Assembly: GCA_010093705.1 (NCBI GenBank)
Contig: MU006130.1
Location: 1 to 38,048 of the forward strand
Reading direction: 5' to 3'
Origin: Patellaria atrata CBS 101060
Lineage: Eukaryota
DNA length: 38,048 nt
Shown: positions 12,601 to 25,883 of the stretch, one piece after another
How positions within the stretch are numbered: position 1 is the first letter of the stretch
Layout of the letters: each line of letters starts with the position of its first letter
Made by a program: the position numbers and the translations under genes
The notes under the pieces: model-generated
The model's input: the letters and a program-made list of their open reading frames with translations, nothing else
What the model was told of the DNA's origin: nothing
The model's database searches: none

Positions 12601-14276
12601 TTAAATATTATTAGAGTATCTTCTCTTTTAACTAATTTCCTATTATCGAGAATAATATCGATAGTCTATTTATTTCTATTTAATATAGTAGCGATATTTT
12701 TTTAATCTCTTTTTCTTCTTTAAGTAATAAGACTAGCGATAGTAATATTAAATATATAACTCTAAATTATATATATCGATTATATTATAATTAAGATTAT
12801 ATTTTTTATAGATAATCTTTCTTAAAATATTTTATTTCTCTATATTATAGATATACTTTATTTATAAAGCGTTCTTTTTCTTCTTAAATAAATTATTATT
12901 ATTTTTTTAACTTCTTTTATTTTATTTATTATAATTAGTTAAGATTTATTAAATCTCTCTAATCTTATTTATTTATAATCTTTATTATCTTCTTTTTATA
13001 TCTAATTATAATATTCTTTTATTCTCTCTTTTTTTATCTATATTTATATAACTTATTATCTATTTTAACTACTAAAATTATTATATCTTATATTATTATT
13101 AATCTTTTATAATAAATCTATTTATTCTTCACTTCTTTCTTTAAACTTTAATAGAAAGTTATTATTAGTGATTTATCGAGTTAATTTAATATTAATATTA
13201 TCTATTAAAATATAATTATATATTTTAAAGTTAATTCTTTTTATTTAAATTCTTAAAACTTTCTTTTTATTATTTATTATTTATCGACTTTTCTAAAGAT
13301 ATTCTTAAGCGTTTCTTTAAACTTTAGAAATAATTTAAAAATCTTAACTATTTCGTCTTTTTAATATTCTTCACTATTCTTAAAATAGTCTTATATAATA
13401 GATTTAAACTATTTTAAAGCGTCTTCTTTAAAGTATATTAATATATCGAGTATATATTTATTATTATCTATTAACTTTATTCTTTTATAATAAATTCTTA
13501 TTTAGATTAAAAATTCTTTTAATTTATTTTATTTACTATTATATAAGATAGATTCTTTAACTTTCACGGTTTACTTTTATAGTAAAAGTAATTATATAAT
13601 AAATTATTTAAGTTAATCCTTAAATTTTTAAATTATCTCTTTATTTTTAAGTTTATTAATATATTTATATAATATTTAGATATATTCTTTATTTATTTTT
13701 ATATTAATTATAATTAATAATATTATATCTAAGTTTATTATACGTTTTCTTACTATATAATAGTTATAATATTATAATAAAAGTTTATACTTATTAAAAT
13801 AAAGCTAAATAAATTTAAAAACACGTTATAGACGTTTCGATTATAGAAAAAATAATTAAATAACTAAATAATTAGAATAACTAGAGTATAGATAATTAAA
13901 TTAACTATAAAGAATAAGAATATTTAAGAATAATTCTTTTTTTATATATTTAGATTCTTTATAGTTATTTTTACTATTAATCTTATCTATAGATTTAAAT
14001 ATTATAGTTTTAAACTTAACTTCACTTATTATATTATTTCTATATAGTATATCTTATCTTATTATAAGTATTACCCGAAGTTAAGAAGTTAATAAATTAT
14101 ATTATTAACTTAAAATATCTTTATTATATATATTTTATCACTTTACTAAACCTATCTTTATAGTTAATCACGTTAAGTGAAAAGCTAGGCGTATTTCTAG
14201 ACTTATCTAGTTCCGTCTTAATAAATATAGACTCCCGTTATAATATTATAACTACTATATAGTAGAAAAGCGTATA

Positions 14277-16328
14277 ATAGATCTAGACACGATATTATTA
14301 GTTATAGTTAATATAAAGATAAATAAAGAATATATTTAAGCGTTATATAAATATATTAATAAACTTAAAAATAAAGAGATAGTTTAAGAATTTAAGGACT
14401 AGCTTAAATAACTTATTATATAATTATTATTATTATAAAAACGTACCGCGAAAGTTAAAAAACCCGTACCGTATAATAGTAAACGAAACGAGTTAAAAGA
14501 ATTCTTAATTTAGATAAAAATCTATTATAAAAGAATAAGGTTAATAGATAATAATAAATATATACTCGATATATTAATATATCTTAAAGGAGACGCTTTA
14601 AAATAGTTCGAATCTATTATATAAAACTATCTTAAGAATAGTGAAGAATATTAAAAAGATAAAATAGTGAAGATCTTTAAGTTATTTTTAAAGTTTAAAG
14701 AAATATTTAAAAATATCTTTAAAGAAGTCGATAAATAATAAATAGTTAAAAAAAAGCTCTAAGAACTTAAATAAAAAGAGTTAGCTTTAAAGTATATAAC
14801 TATATTTTAATAGATAGTATTAATATTAGGTTAATCTAATAAATTACTAATAATCGCTTTTTACTAAGGCTTAAAGGAAGAAATAAAGAACGAGTAAATT
14901 TATTATAAAAGACTAATAACTATATAAAATATAGTGATTTTAGTAGTTAGAATAAATAATAGATTATATAAATATAGATAGAAAAAGAGAGGATAGAAGA
15001 ATATTATAATTAAGTATAGAAAGAAGATAATAAAAATTATAAATAGATAAAATTAAAGAGATTTAATAAACTTTAATTAACTATAATAGATAAAATAAAA
15101 GAAGTTAAAAAAATAATAATAATTCACTTAAAAAGAAAAGAAATATTTTATAAATAAAGTATATTTATAATATAGAGAAGTGAGATATTTTAAGAAAGAC
15201 TATTTATAGAAGATATAATTATCCTCGCGATATAATTAACGTATATAACTTAGAGTTATATATTTAATACTATTATTATTAGTCTTATCGCTAGAAGAGG
15301 AAGAGATTAAAGAAACGCCGTTACTCTATTAAATAGAGATAAGTAGGTTATTAACGCCGTTTCTAATAATAGAAAACTAGTTAAAGGAGAAAATACTCCG
15401 ATAATATTTAGACTATTAATAATATTAGATATATAGAAATATACACGCGTATATAGTATTAGAATATCTAGTATAGAACTAAGATTAAAGAATCGAAATA
15501 TAAATATCTAATAGATTAAGCCTTATATACCGGATTATAGAATAATAATATTAGCTTAAATAGAAATTCTAAGATTAGGAGTCGATTAAACCTAAATTTA
15601 ATATCGATATAATTATCGAAGAATAATAATTAAATTTTATATTAAAAGTAAAAGACTATCTAACCTTTTAATAAATATAATATAAAGAGAATAACTATTT
15701 ATACTATAAATAGTAGAAGGTTATAATAAAGTTTAAAAATTAAGATCCTATTTATATATATTTATCTAAAAGCTAGTATTAGGTAAAAGGGTATAAAATC
15801 TATAAAAACGAAATAAAAGTACTCGAAAAGAACTAAGGACTTAAATTATTAATAGATAATTATAGAAAATATAATAGTTTTAATTATATAGATAAATTTA
15901 GATATAGATAATATTACTAGACACTAGTCTATATAGAATATATAGTAATAACGTGAGTAGATTATAAATATAGTATAAATTACTAGTACTATAAAGGATT
16001 AAAGAAAGAGTTCTATAAAATAAAAATATTTTTATAGAAAATAGAAGTGTTTAGAAATAGTAAAAAGACTATTAAGTAAGCTATTAAATACGACGCGATA
16101 GATTTTAGATAATACGCGATTAGAGGAATATAATACGATTATTACACTATATAGAGATTAAAAATAGGAATTAAAAGTAATCTAAGTTATAATATAATTA
16201 TTAAATAAGAATATCGAGAATCGAAGTATAAAGAATATTATAAAAGTCTATACTATAACTAATATAATAAATTACACTAGACCGTATACGTAAAATCCGG
16301 TTATCTAGTATATAGTTATATAAAAAAC
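14277..16328 (+). pseudogene. gag: gag of element A with a long C-terminal extension
   Basis: One frame carries 'AKVKKPVPY', 'YLKGDALK*FE' and a zinc knuckle with Y-x2-Y-x4-Y-x4-Y spacing (former CCHC) at 15162-15203. The same frame continues to A AAA AAC at 16322-16328. Confidence 0.8.
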
Positions 16329-19300
16329 TACTAAGCCACTCGAGATAAAAATAATCGAGAAATATAGCTTTTAAGTTTCTTAAAACTCTATAAAACGATA
16401 ATAGAATATTTTAAATAGATATTACTATATATAGTAAGAGAATAATAACGCTAATTAATAATAACGCTATCGATTTATTTATCTCACCTCGATAAGTAGA
16501 AAAGAAAAATATATTTTATATAAAATTTAAGAATTTAGTCCCGCTACGACTAGAAAATAGCGAAGGAATAGAATATAAACGAGGTCTAATTAACTTTAGA
16601 ATTATACTAATAAAAGTTAATATATAAGAAAAGATAACTACTTAATATATCTTTATAATCGATTTAGGAGATATAGATATAATTTTAAGGATAAATTAGT
16701 TATAAATAATAAATCTAGATATTAATTAGAAGATAAAAAATATCTAAATTAACTAAAATATCTTATAAAAGAATAGAGTTAAATGAATAAGATATATTAA
16801 ATAGATAGACGCTAATATATCTATAAGATATATTTCGTATTATAAAATAATAAAAATCTATAGAAATAAATCTAAAAGTGTAAAAGTAGTATAGTTTAGA
16901 AAAGTAAATATAAAGAGAGTTTTCGAAGAATTTAAGATATTCGAAAAGTATAATAAGTTTAAAGATTTATTTAAGAAAGATATAATAACTATATTTCCGA
17001 ATTATTAGACGTGGGATTACGAAATAATACTAAAAGAGGGTATAAAACTATAATCCGATCTAATTTACCCGTTAATAAGGGAATAGTATAAAGCACTTAA
17101 AGAATATATTTATACTAATTTAGAAAAAGGATATATACGATCTAGCGAAAACTCGATAGTTTCACCGATTCTATTTATATTAAAGAAGAATAATAAGTTA
17201 AGATTATATATTAATTATAGATAGTTAAATAATATTATAATTAAGAATAGATATCTATTATCCTTAATCTTAGAAATTTAAAATAAATTATAAAGAGTAA
17301 AATAGTTTATAAAATTTAATATTTAAGATAGTTACTATCGAATTAGAATAAAAGAAGACGAAGAATAGAAGATAGCTATAAAAATAAGATTTAAATTATA
17401 TAAATATATAATAATATTATTTAGTTTAATTAACACTTTAATAACGTTTTAAGTAATAATTAATTATATATTAAGAGAATATTTAGATATATTTATAACT
17501 ATTTACCTAGATAATATATTAATATATATAAATAAAACGCTTAAAAAGTATAAGAAGTATATAAAGAAAATATTAATAAAATTATAAGAAAAGAGACTTT
17601 TAGTATATTTAGATAAATATAAATAATATATTAAAGAAATAGAATTTCTAGACTTTATTATTATTATTAAAGATATATAAATAGACCTAAAAAAGATAGC
17701 TATAATCTAAGATTAATTAATATTAAAGAATATAAAGAATATATAATCGTTCTTAAGTTTTATAAACTATTATAGAAAGTTTATTTAGGGATACTCGAAA
17801 ATAATAACACCGCTATTAAAATTAATAAAGAAAGAAAATACCTTTATTTAAATAGAAAAGATATAGAAAATATTCGATAAACTTAAAAAGAAGTTTATTA
17901 TAATATTTATCTTAATTATATTTAATCTAAAGAAATCGATAGTATTAGAGATTAATATATTTAATTATATACTAGATATATATATAAATTAGCTAGACGA
18001 GAAAGAACGACTATATTTAATAGCTTTTCACTTATAGAAGTTTATAGCTATAAAGCTAAACTATAATATACACGATAAAGAATTATTAGCGATTATCGAC
18101 GTATTTAAATAATAGAGGTTATACCTTAAAAAACTTAAGTATATTATAAAAGTTTAGTTAAATTATTAAAACCTAATAAACTTTCTCACGATAAAGAAGT
18201 TAAATCGAAGATAAATAAAATAAATAGAAATACTTATATCCTTTAACTTTAAGATATTTTATAGACTAGAAGTTAAAAATAAACTAGCTAATATTATAAG
18301 TAGAAGATTCGATTATTTAGAAGAAATAAAATCGATATATAATATAATATTAAAGAAAGAAAGTAACGCGATCACCTATAACTAGTTAAGATTAACTATA
18401 ATACTAATAATCGAATCTTCGAGAGAATAATAAATTTATAATACTTATTAAAAAGATAGTATAATAGAGGAGTTCTAAAAAAATAATAATTTTAGAGTAA
18501 TATAAATAACTTAAGAAATATAATTATATAACGGGCTTATATATATATTAATAATACTACGAAAGACTTTTACTAAAGAGATTCACGAAGCACTAGTATA
18601 TAGCTATTAAGATATTAATAAAACCTTAAAAAGAATTCTAAGAAATTACTATTTTCTAGAAATAAGAAGTATAGTAAAGTAAATTATTTTAGAATATAAT
18701 AACTATATATAAAATAAGAGTATAAAATATATATCTTATAAATAAATATAATATATTAAGTCACTAAAACGAGTATAAGACTTAATAATAATAGACTTTA
18801 TTATAGGTCTACTAGAATTTAAAGATCTAGCGATAAAAGTAAAATATAACGCGATATTAATTATTATAGAATAATTAATAAAGTTTATTTACTTTATACT
18901 AGTAAAGATAATAATAATAGTACTATAAGTAGTAGTATTAGTAATAAAAATAATATTAATAAATTACTAGATATTAAAAGAGATTATTTTAAATAAAGAT
19001 AAACTATTTAAATTAACGTTTTAATAGACTCTAATATAGAGTTTAAGAGTAAATTATAAGTTATTAATAAGCTTCTATCTATAAATAGATAGCTAAACTA
19101 AGAGAATAAATTAATCTCTAAAGTAATACTTACGTAATTATATAAATTACTAATAGAATAATTAGATAAAGCTACTATTAATAGTATAATTCGTATATAA
19201 TAACGCGAAATCCGATATTATAAAGGTTTTACTCTTTTATATAAATTATAGTTTTAAATTAGAAGTATATTATAAGTCGAGAATAGTTTAGAGTATTTTA

Positions 19301-19870
19301 TAAAAAGTAATATTAAAAGTTAAGTAAATTAAAGAATTATATATATAGTTATTATAAGATATAGCTTTCTAGATAATAAGAGCTATAAAGTATAATAATT
19401 AATATAAGTCGCTAGAATTAATCTTTAAAAGAAAGGATAAAGTTTACTTATTATAGAAAAATTTTAAAATAAAATAACTTAATAAGAAACTAGATTATAA
19501 GAAAATTAGCTCTTTTAAAATTAAATAGATTAAAGGAAAAGTTAATTATAAGTTAAAATTATTATAAGGAATAAAGATACACCTAATTTTCTATATATTA
19601 CTTCTAAAACTAGTATATACTAACGCTAAACTCTAAATATAACCTATAGAACTTAAGAAAGAAGATATTTATAAGATAAAATAAATTTTAGATCTATAAT
19701 AAGTAAATAATTAGTATAAATATTTAGTAAAATAGAAAGACTATAAATATATAAATAATATATAGAAATTATTTAAACACTTAATAAATTATAATTAGAA
19801 ACTTAAATAGTTTTATCGTTAAAACTAGAAAATTCTAAACTCTTAAAGGCGGAGAAATCTAAACTAGACT
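16328..19870 (+). pseudogene. pol: pol of element A (protease, RT, RNase H, integrase, chromodomain); end approximate
   Basis: Frame is -1 relative to gag. Motifs: protease relic 'TLINNNA' at 16448, 'IYLDN' (YLDD) at 17501-17515, 'YNIHDKELLAI' near 18062, chromodomain relic near 19667. Confidence 0.85.
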
Positions 19871-20408
19871 AACTAAAAGAAGATATAATAGTGAAAGAAG
19901 AAAAAACGATTAAGAAAGTTTATTATCCTTTAACTACTTACTTTAAAGTCTTAAGTTTCTCGATAAAATTAAGTTTATAATAAGATATTCTCGCCTTCTT
20001 ATATTTAAGTAAAAGAAACTTATAATAAAATCGATAAAAATAAGTATAAGTAGTATAAATCGCTTTATATTAAGTATAAATTATCTCTTATTAAAGATAT
20101 ATCGCCTCTAAAATCGCCTTCTTATAGAGATAAGTGGTTTTCTCCTCGATCTTTTTAATAGTATTAAGCTTAGAATAAAACTTTACTTTTAAAACGTTAA
20201 GCTTATCTTAATTCTTTTATATTACCACGAGATTATATTTTAAACTACGAGCGAGACACTTAAAATAGAAACTAGAAGGAATATCGATAATATAAAAATA
20301 AGAAAAATAATAATAAGCGGAATAAAAAGTCGATATAAGATAATTATATAAAGTAATATAGATAATATAGCGTTAATAATAAACTAAATAGAGTTTAGCT
20401 TTTAATAT
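19773..20408 (-). pseudogene. Antisense extra ORF of element A (long variant), putative Zn(II)2Cys6 protein
   Basis: Motif at 20235-20324 with the same spacing as in C. The fifth Cys codon survives as TGT (20256-20258). The ORF is 87 nt longer than the C and D copies. Confidence 0.75.
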
Positions 20409-22332
20409 CTTAAAAGAAAGAAAAAAGAGATATATATAACTTAATAGATAGATAATACGTCTATTATATACTTAAATAAAAGAAATAAACTTTTAAGATA
20501 AAAGTTAAAAAGAGGGAGGATAATATTATAACTATAAATTATAGAAATATATAGATAATAAATAAGGGAAAGAGAGAAAAACCATTTAAAAGAATTATAA
20601 ATAAAATAAATAATAATAAATTATATAATTTAGATATTTAGATATATAGATATTTTAGTTATAAAAGAAACGATTAAACGATTAAACGACTAAAATAACT
20701 AAAAGATACTATATAACTTAGATATTTAGATATATAGATATTTTAGTCGTAAAAGAAATAATTAAACGATTAAATAACTAAAATAATTAAAGTATAGATA
20801 ATTAAATTAACTATAAAGAATAGAGATATTTAAAAATAATTCTTTTTTTATATATTTAGATTTTTTATAGTAATTTTTACTATTAATTTTACCTATAAAT
20901 TTAGATATTATAGTTTTAAACTTAATTTTACTTATTATATTATTTCTATATAATACGTTTTATCTTATTATAAGTATTATCTAAAGTTAAGAAGTTAATA
21001 AGTTATATTATTAATTTAAAATATCTTTATTATATATATTTTATTATTTTACTAAATCTATCTTTATAGTTAATTATATTAAGTGAGAAGTTAAGCGTGT
21101 TTCTAGATTTATCTAGTTCCGTCTTAATAAGTATAGACTTCTATTATAATAACTAATATATAATTATTAAAGTATTAATAAAATCTTAAAAAGAATTTTA
21201 AGAAATTACTATTTTTTAGAAATAAGAAATATTATAAAGTAAATTATCTTAAAATATAATAATTATATATAAAATAAAAGTATAAAGTATATATTTTATA
21301 GATAAATATAATATATTAAGTTATTAAAGCGAGTATAAAATTTAATAATAATAAATTTTATTATAAATTTATTAGAATCTAAAAATTTAATAATAAAAGT
21401 AAAATATAATATAATATTAATTATTATAGAATAACTAATAAAGTTTATTTATTTTATATTAATAAAGATAATAATAATAGTATTATAAATAGTAATATTA
21501 ATATTAAATTAAATATTAATAAACTATTAAATATTAAGAAAGATTATTTTAAATAAAGATAAACTATTTAAATTAATATTTTAATAAATTTTAATATAAA
21601 GTTTAAAAGTAAATTATAAGTTATTTATTAGCTTTTATCTATAAATAGATAATTAAATTAAAAGAATAAATTAATCTTTAAAGTAATATTTATATAATTA
21701 TATAAATTATTAATAAAATAATTAGATAAAACTATTATTAATAATATAATTTATATATAATAACGCGAAATTTAATATTATAAAAGTTTTACTCTTTTAT
21801 ATAAACTATAATTTTAAATTAAAAATATATTATAAGTCGAGAATAGTTTAAAGTATTTTATAAAAAGTAATATTAAAAGTCGAGTAAATTAAGAAATTAT
21901 ATAATTAACTATTATAAAATATAACTTTCTAAATAATAAAGACTATAAAATATAATAATTAGTATAGATTATTAAAATTAATCTTTAAAAAAGAGAATAA
22001 AGTTTACTTATTATAGAAAAATCTTAAAATAAAATAATTAAATAAGAAATTAAATTATAAAAAAATTAACTTTTTTAAAATTAAATAAATTAAAAGAAAA
22101 GTTAATTATAAGTTAAAACTATAATAAGAAATAAAGATATATCTAATTTTCTATATATTACTTCTAGAATTAATATATATTAACGTTAAACTTTAAATAT
22201 AACTTATAAAACTTAAGAAGGAAAATATTTATAAAATAAAATAAATCTTAAATTTATAATAAATAAATAATTAATATAAATATTTAGTAAAATAAAAAGA
22301 CTATAAATATTTAAATAATATATAAAAATTAT

Positions 22333-22881
22333 TTAAATATTTAATAAATTATAATTAAAAACTTAAATAGTTTTATTATTAAAATTAAAGAATTCTAAAT
22401 TTTTAAAAATAAAGAAATTTAAACTAAACTAACTAGAAGAAAATATAATAATAAAGAAAGAAGAAATAATTAAGAAAATTTATTATTCTTTAATTATTTA
22501 CTTTAAAATTTTAAGTTTTTTAATAAAATTAAGTTTATAATAGAATATTTTAAATTCTTTATTTTTAAGAGAATAAAATTATTTATAAAGATAATATATA
22601 TAAATTTAAAGGAATTCTTATTTATTTTTAATAATAATTAATTTAAAGTAAATTTAAATCTTTAAAGTATTAAGTTTATTTTAATCTTTTTATATTATTA
22701 TAAGATTATATTTTATATTATAAGTAAAATATTTAGAATAAAAATTAGAAGAAATATCGATAATATAAAAATAAAAAAAATAACGATAAATAAAATAGAG
22801 AGTTAATATAGAATAACTATATAAAGTAATATAGATAATATAATATTAATAATAGATTAAATAGAGTTTAACTTTTAATAT
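22333..22881 (-). pseudogene. Antisense extra ORF of element D (short variant), putative Zn(II)2Cys6 protein
   Basis: Colinear with 7057-7605, motif at 22708-22797, more heavily mutated. Confidence 0.65.
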
Positions 22882-25258
22882 CTTAAAAAAAAAAAAGGTA
22901 TATATAATTTAATAAATAGATAATATATTTATTATATATTTAAGTAAAAGAAATAAACTCTTAAAATAAAAGTTAAAAAAAGAGAAAATAATATTATAAC
23001 TATAAATTATAAGAATATATAGATAATAAATAAAAAGAAAAAAGAAGTATTATTTAAAGAAATTATAAATAAAATAAATAATAAAGAATTATATAATTAA
23101 GATAATAATTATCGATTATATTTATTATAAAGAATAACTAATAATTAAAATAACTAGATAAATAATTATTAATTATATTAATTATAGAGAATAATTAATA
23201 ACTAAAATAATTAGAGTATAAATAATTAAATTAATTATAAAGAATAGAAATATTTAAAAATAATCTTTTTCTTATATATTTAAATTCTTTATAATTATTT
23301 TTATTATTAATCTTATCTATAAATTTAAATATTATAGTTTTAAACTTAACTTTATTTATTATATTATTTCTATATAATATATCTTATTTTATTATAAATA
23401 TTATCTAAAGTTAAGAAGTTAATAAATTATATCGATAATTTAAAATATCTTTATTATATAAATTCTATCATTTTATTAAATCTATCTTTATAGTTAATTA
23501 TATTAAATAAAAAGCTAAATATATTTATAAATTTATTTAATTTTATTTTAATAAATATAAACTTTTATTATAATACTAATATTTAATAATATTATTTAAA
23601 TTTAAATTTATTTATATAATTAAAATTATTATATTTTTTATAATTATTTATTAATAATTTAAATTTTTAATTTTTTTAAAATATTTTTATTTTATCTTTA
23701 TAAATTTTATATTCTTTTATTTAATATTTATTTTTAAATAAATATATATATATAAAGTTTTAATTTTTAAATTTTATTATAATTTTTTATTATTTATAAT
23801 ATAAATAATTATTTTTTTTATATTATATTTATTAAAAAATTAAATATTCTTTTATTTTTAATATAAAATTTAATTATTATTTATTAATAATTATATTAAT
23901 ATTAAATTTAAATTTAATTAATTTTTAATTTTAAAATTTTTATTTAAATTATTATTATTATTTTAAAATTTAATATATAAAATTTAATTTATTTATATTT
24001 ATACTTTAATTTTTTAATTTTAATTTTAATTTTATATTAAATATTAAAATATTATATATATATATATATTTTTATATATTTATATATTTAATATTATTAA
24101 TTATTTAAATATTATTAAAATATTTTTTTCTTTAATTAATTTTTTATTATTAAAAATAATATTAATAATTTATTTATTTTTATTTAATATAATAATAACC
24201 TTTTTTAAATTTTTTTTTCTTTAAATAATAAAATTAATAATTTTAATAATTTTAAATATATAATTTTAAATTATATATATTAATTATTTATAATAATAAT
24301 TTTATTTTTTATAAATAATTTTTATTTAATATTTTATTTCTTTATATTATAAATATATTTTATTTATAAAATATTTTCTTTTTTTTTTAAATAAATTATT
24401 AATATTTTTTAAATTTTTTTTATCTTATTTATTATAATTAATTAAAATTTATTAAGTTTTTTTAATTTTATTTATTTATAATTTTTATAATTTTCTTTTT
24501 ATATTTAATTATAATATTCTTTTATTCTCTTTTTTTTTATTTATATTTATATAATTTATTTTTTATTTTAATTATTTTAATTATTATATTTTATATAATT
24601 ATTAATTTTTTATAATAAATTTATTTATTTTTTATTTTTTTCTTTAAATTTTAATAAAAAATAATTATTAATAATTTATTAAATTAAATTAATATTAATA
24701 TTATTTATAAAAATATAATTATATATTTTAAAGTTAACTCTTTTTATTTAAATTTTTTAAATTTTCTTTTAATTATTTATTATTTATTAGTTTTTTTAAA
24801 AATATTCTTAAATTTTAAAAATAATTTAAAAATCTTTATTATTTTATTTTTTTAATATTTTTTATTATTTTTAAAATAATTTTTTATAATAAATTTAAAT
24901 TATTTTAAATTATTTTTTTTTAAAATATATTAATATATTTATTATTATTTATTAATTTTATTTTTTTATTATAAATTTTTTAAATTTATTTTATTTATTA
25001 TTATATAATATAAATTTTTTAACTTTTATAATTATTTTTTATAATAATAATAATTATATAATAAATTATTTAAATTAATTTTTAAATTTTTAAATTTTTT
25101 CTTTATTTTTAAATTTTTAAATTTTTTCTTTATTTTTAAATTTATTAATATATTTATATAATATTTAAATATATTTTTTATTTATCTTTATATTAATTAT
25201 AATTAATAATATTATATTTAAATTTATTATATATTTTTCTATTATATAATAATTATAA

Positions 25259-25883
25259 TATTATAATAAAAATTTATATTTATTAAAATAAAATAAAATA
25301 AATTTAAAATTATATTTAATTTTTTATTTAATATAATTAATTATTTAATTAAATTTAATAAAATAATAAAATATATATAATAAAAATATTTTAAATTATT
25401 AATATAATTTATTAACTTTTTAACTTTAAATAATATTTATAATAAAATAAAATATATTATATAGAAATAATATAATAAATAAAGTTAAATTTAAAATTAT
25501 AATATTTAAATTTATAAATAAAATTAATAGTAAAAATAATTATAAAAAATTTAAATATATAAAAAAAAGATTATTATTAAATATTTTTATTTTTTATAAT
25601 TAATTTAATTATTTATACTTTAATTATTTTAATTATTTAATTATTTAGTTATTCTTTATAATTAAAATATTTAAATATTTAAATATTTAAATTATATAAT
25701 TCTTTTTTAATTATTTTAATTATTTTAATTATTTAATTATTTTTTATAATTAAAATATTTAAATATTTAAATATTTAAATTATATAATTTATTATTATTT
25801 ATTTTATTTATAATTTTTTTAAATAATATTCTTTTTTTTTTTTATTTATTATTTATATATTTTTATAATTTATAATTATAATA
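25259..25883 (-). mobile_element. 5' LTR of element E
   Basis: Reverse complement of the family B LTR, about 625 bp, directly abutting the gag start region. Confidence 0.85.

Larger units (their letters stand above)
6195..13826 (-). mobile_element. Family B gypsy element C (RIP-inactivated chromovirus): 3' LTR 6195-6944, internal region 6945-13769, 5' LTR remnant 13770-13826
   Basis: The LTR terminus ...AACA at 6944 is followed by CTATTCTCCCCCTTTTT, which is a PPT on the minus strand. The internal region is the reverse complement of element A, with the YLDD-derived motif near 10497-10508 and gag start near 13738. Confidence 0.92.
13827..21151 (+). mobile_element. Family B gypsy element A (RIP-inactivated chromovirus): partial 5' LTR 13827-14245, internal region 14246-20523, 3' LTR 20524-21151
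   Basis: Direct LTRs, with the PPT AAAAAGAGGGAGGA before 20524. The gag-PR-RT-RH-IN-chromodomain order is recoverable after de-RIP. Confidence 0.93.
4958..23575 (+). mobile_element. Family B gypsy element D, inserted in E and disrupted by elements C and A
   Basis: Parts: 5' LTR remnant 4958 to about 5145, gag fragment about 5146-6194, integrase/chromodomain/3' region 21152-22991, and 3' LTR 22992-23575 after a polypurine tract. Both LTRs are the same subtype. The flanks TTAAT (4953-4957) and CTAAT (23576-23580) match as a TSD with one C>T change. Confidence 0.8.
1284..25883 (-). mobile_element. Family B gypsy element E (oldest host, 3'-truncated), split into 1284-3380, 4285-4957 and 23576-25883
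   Basis: The three segments are colinear with element C: integrase/RNaseH/RT, then protease/Gag tail, then gag and 5' LTR. The sequence reads continuously across both insertion sites. This is the most AT-rich copy. Confidence 0.8.

Noticed and set aside
14246..14256. Self-priming PBS for family B (TTATAACTAC pairing with GTAGTTAT in the LTR)
   Set aside because: Only about 8 bp of complementarity in mutated AT-rich DNA, too weak to call.
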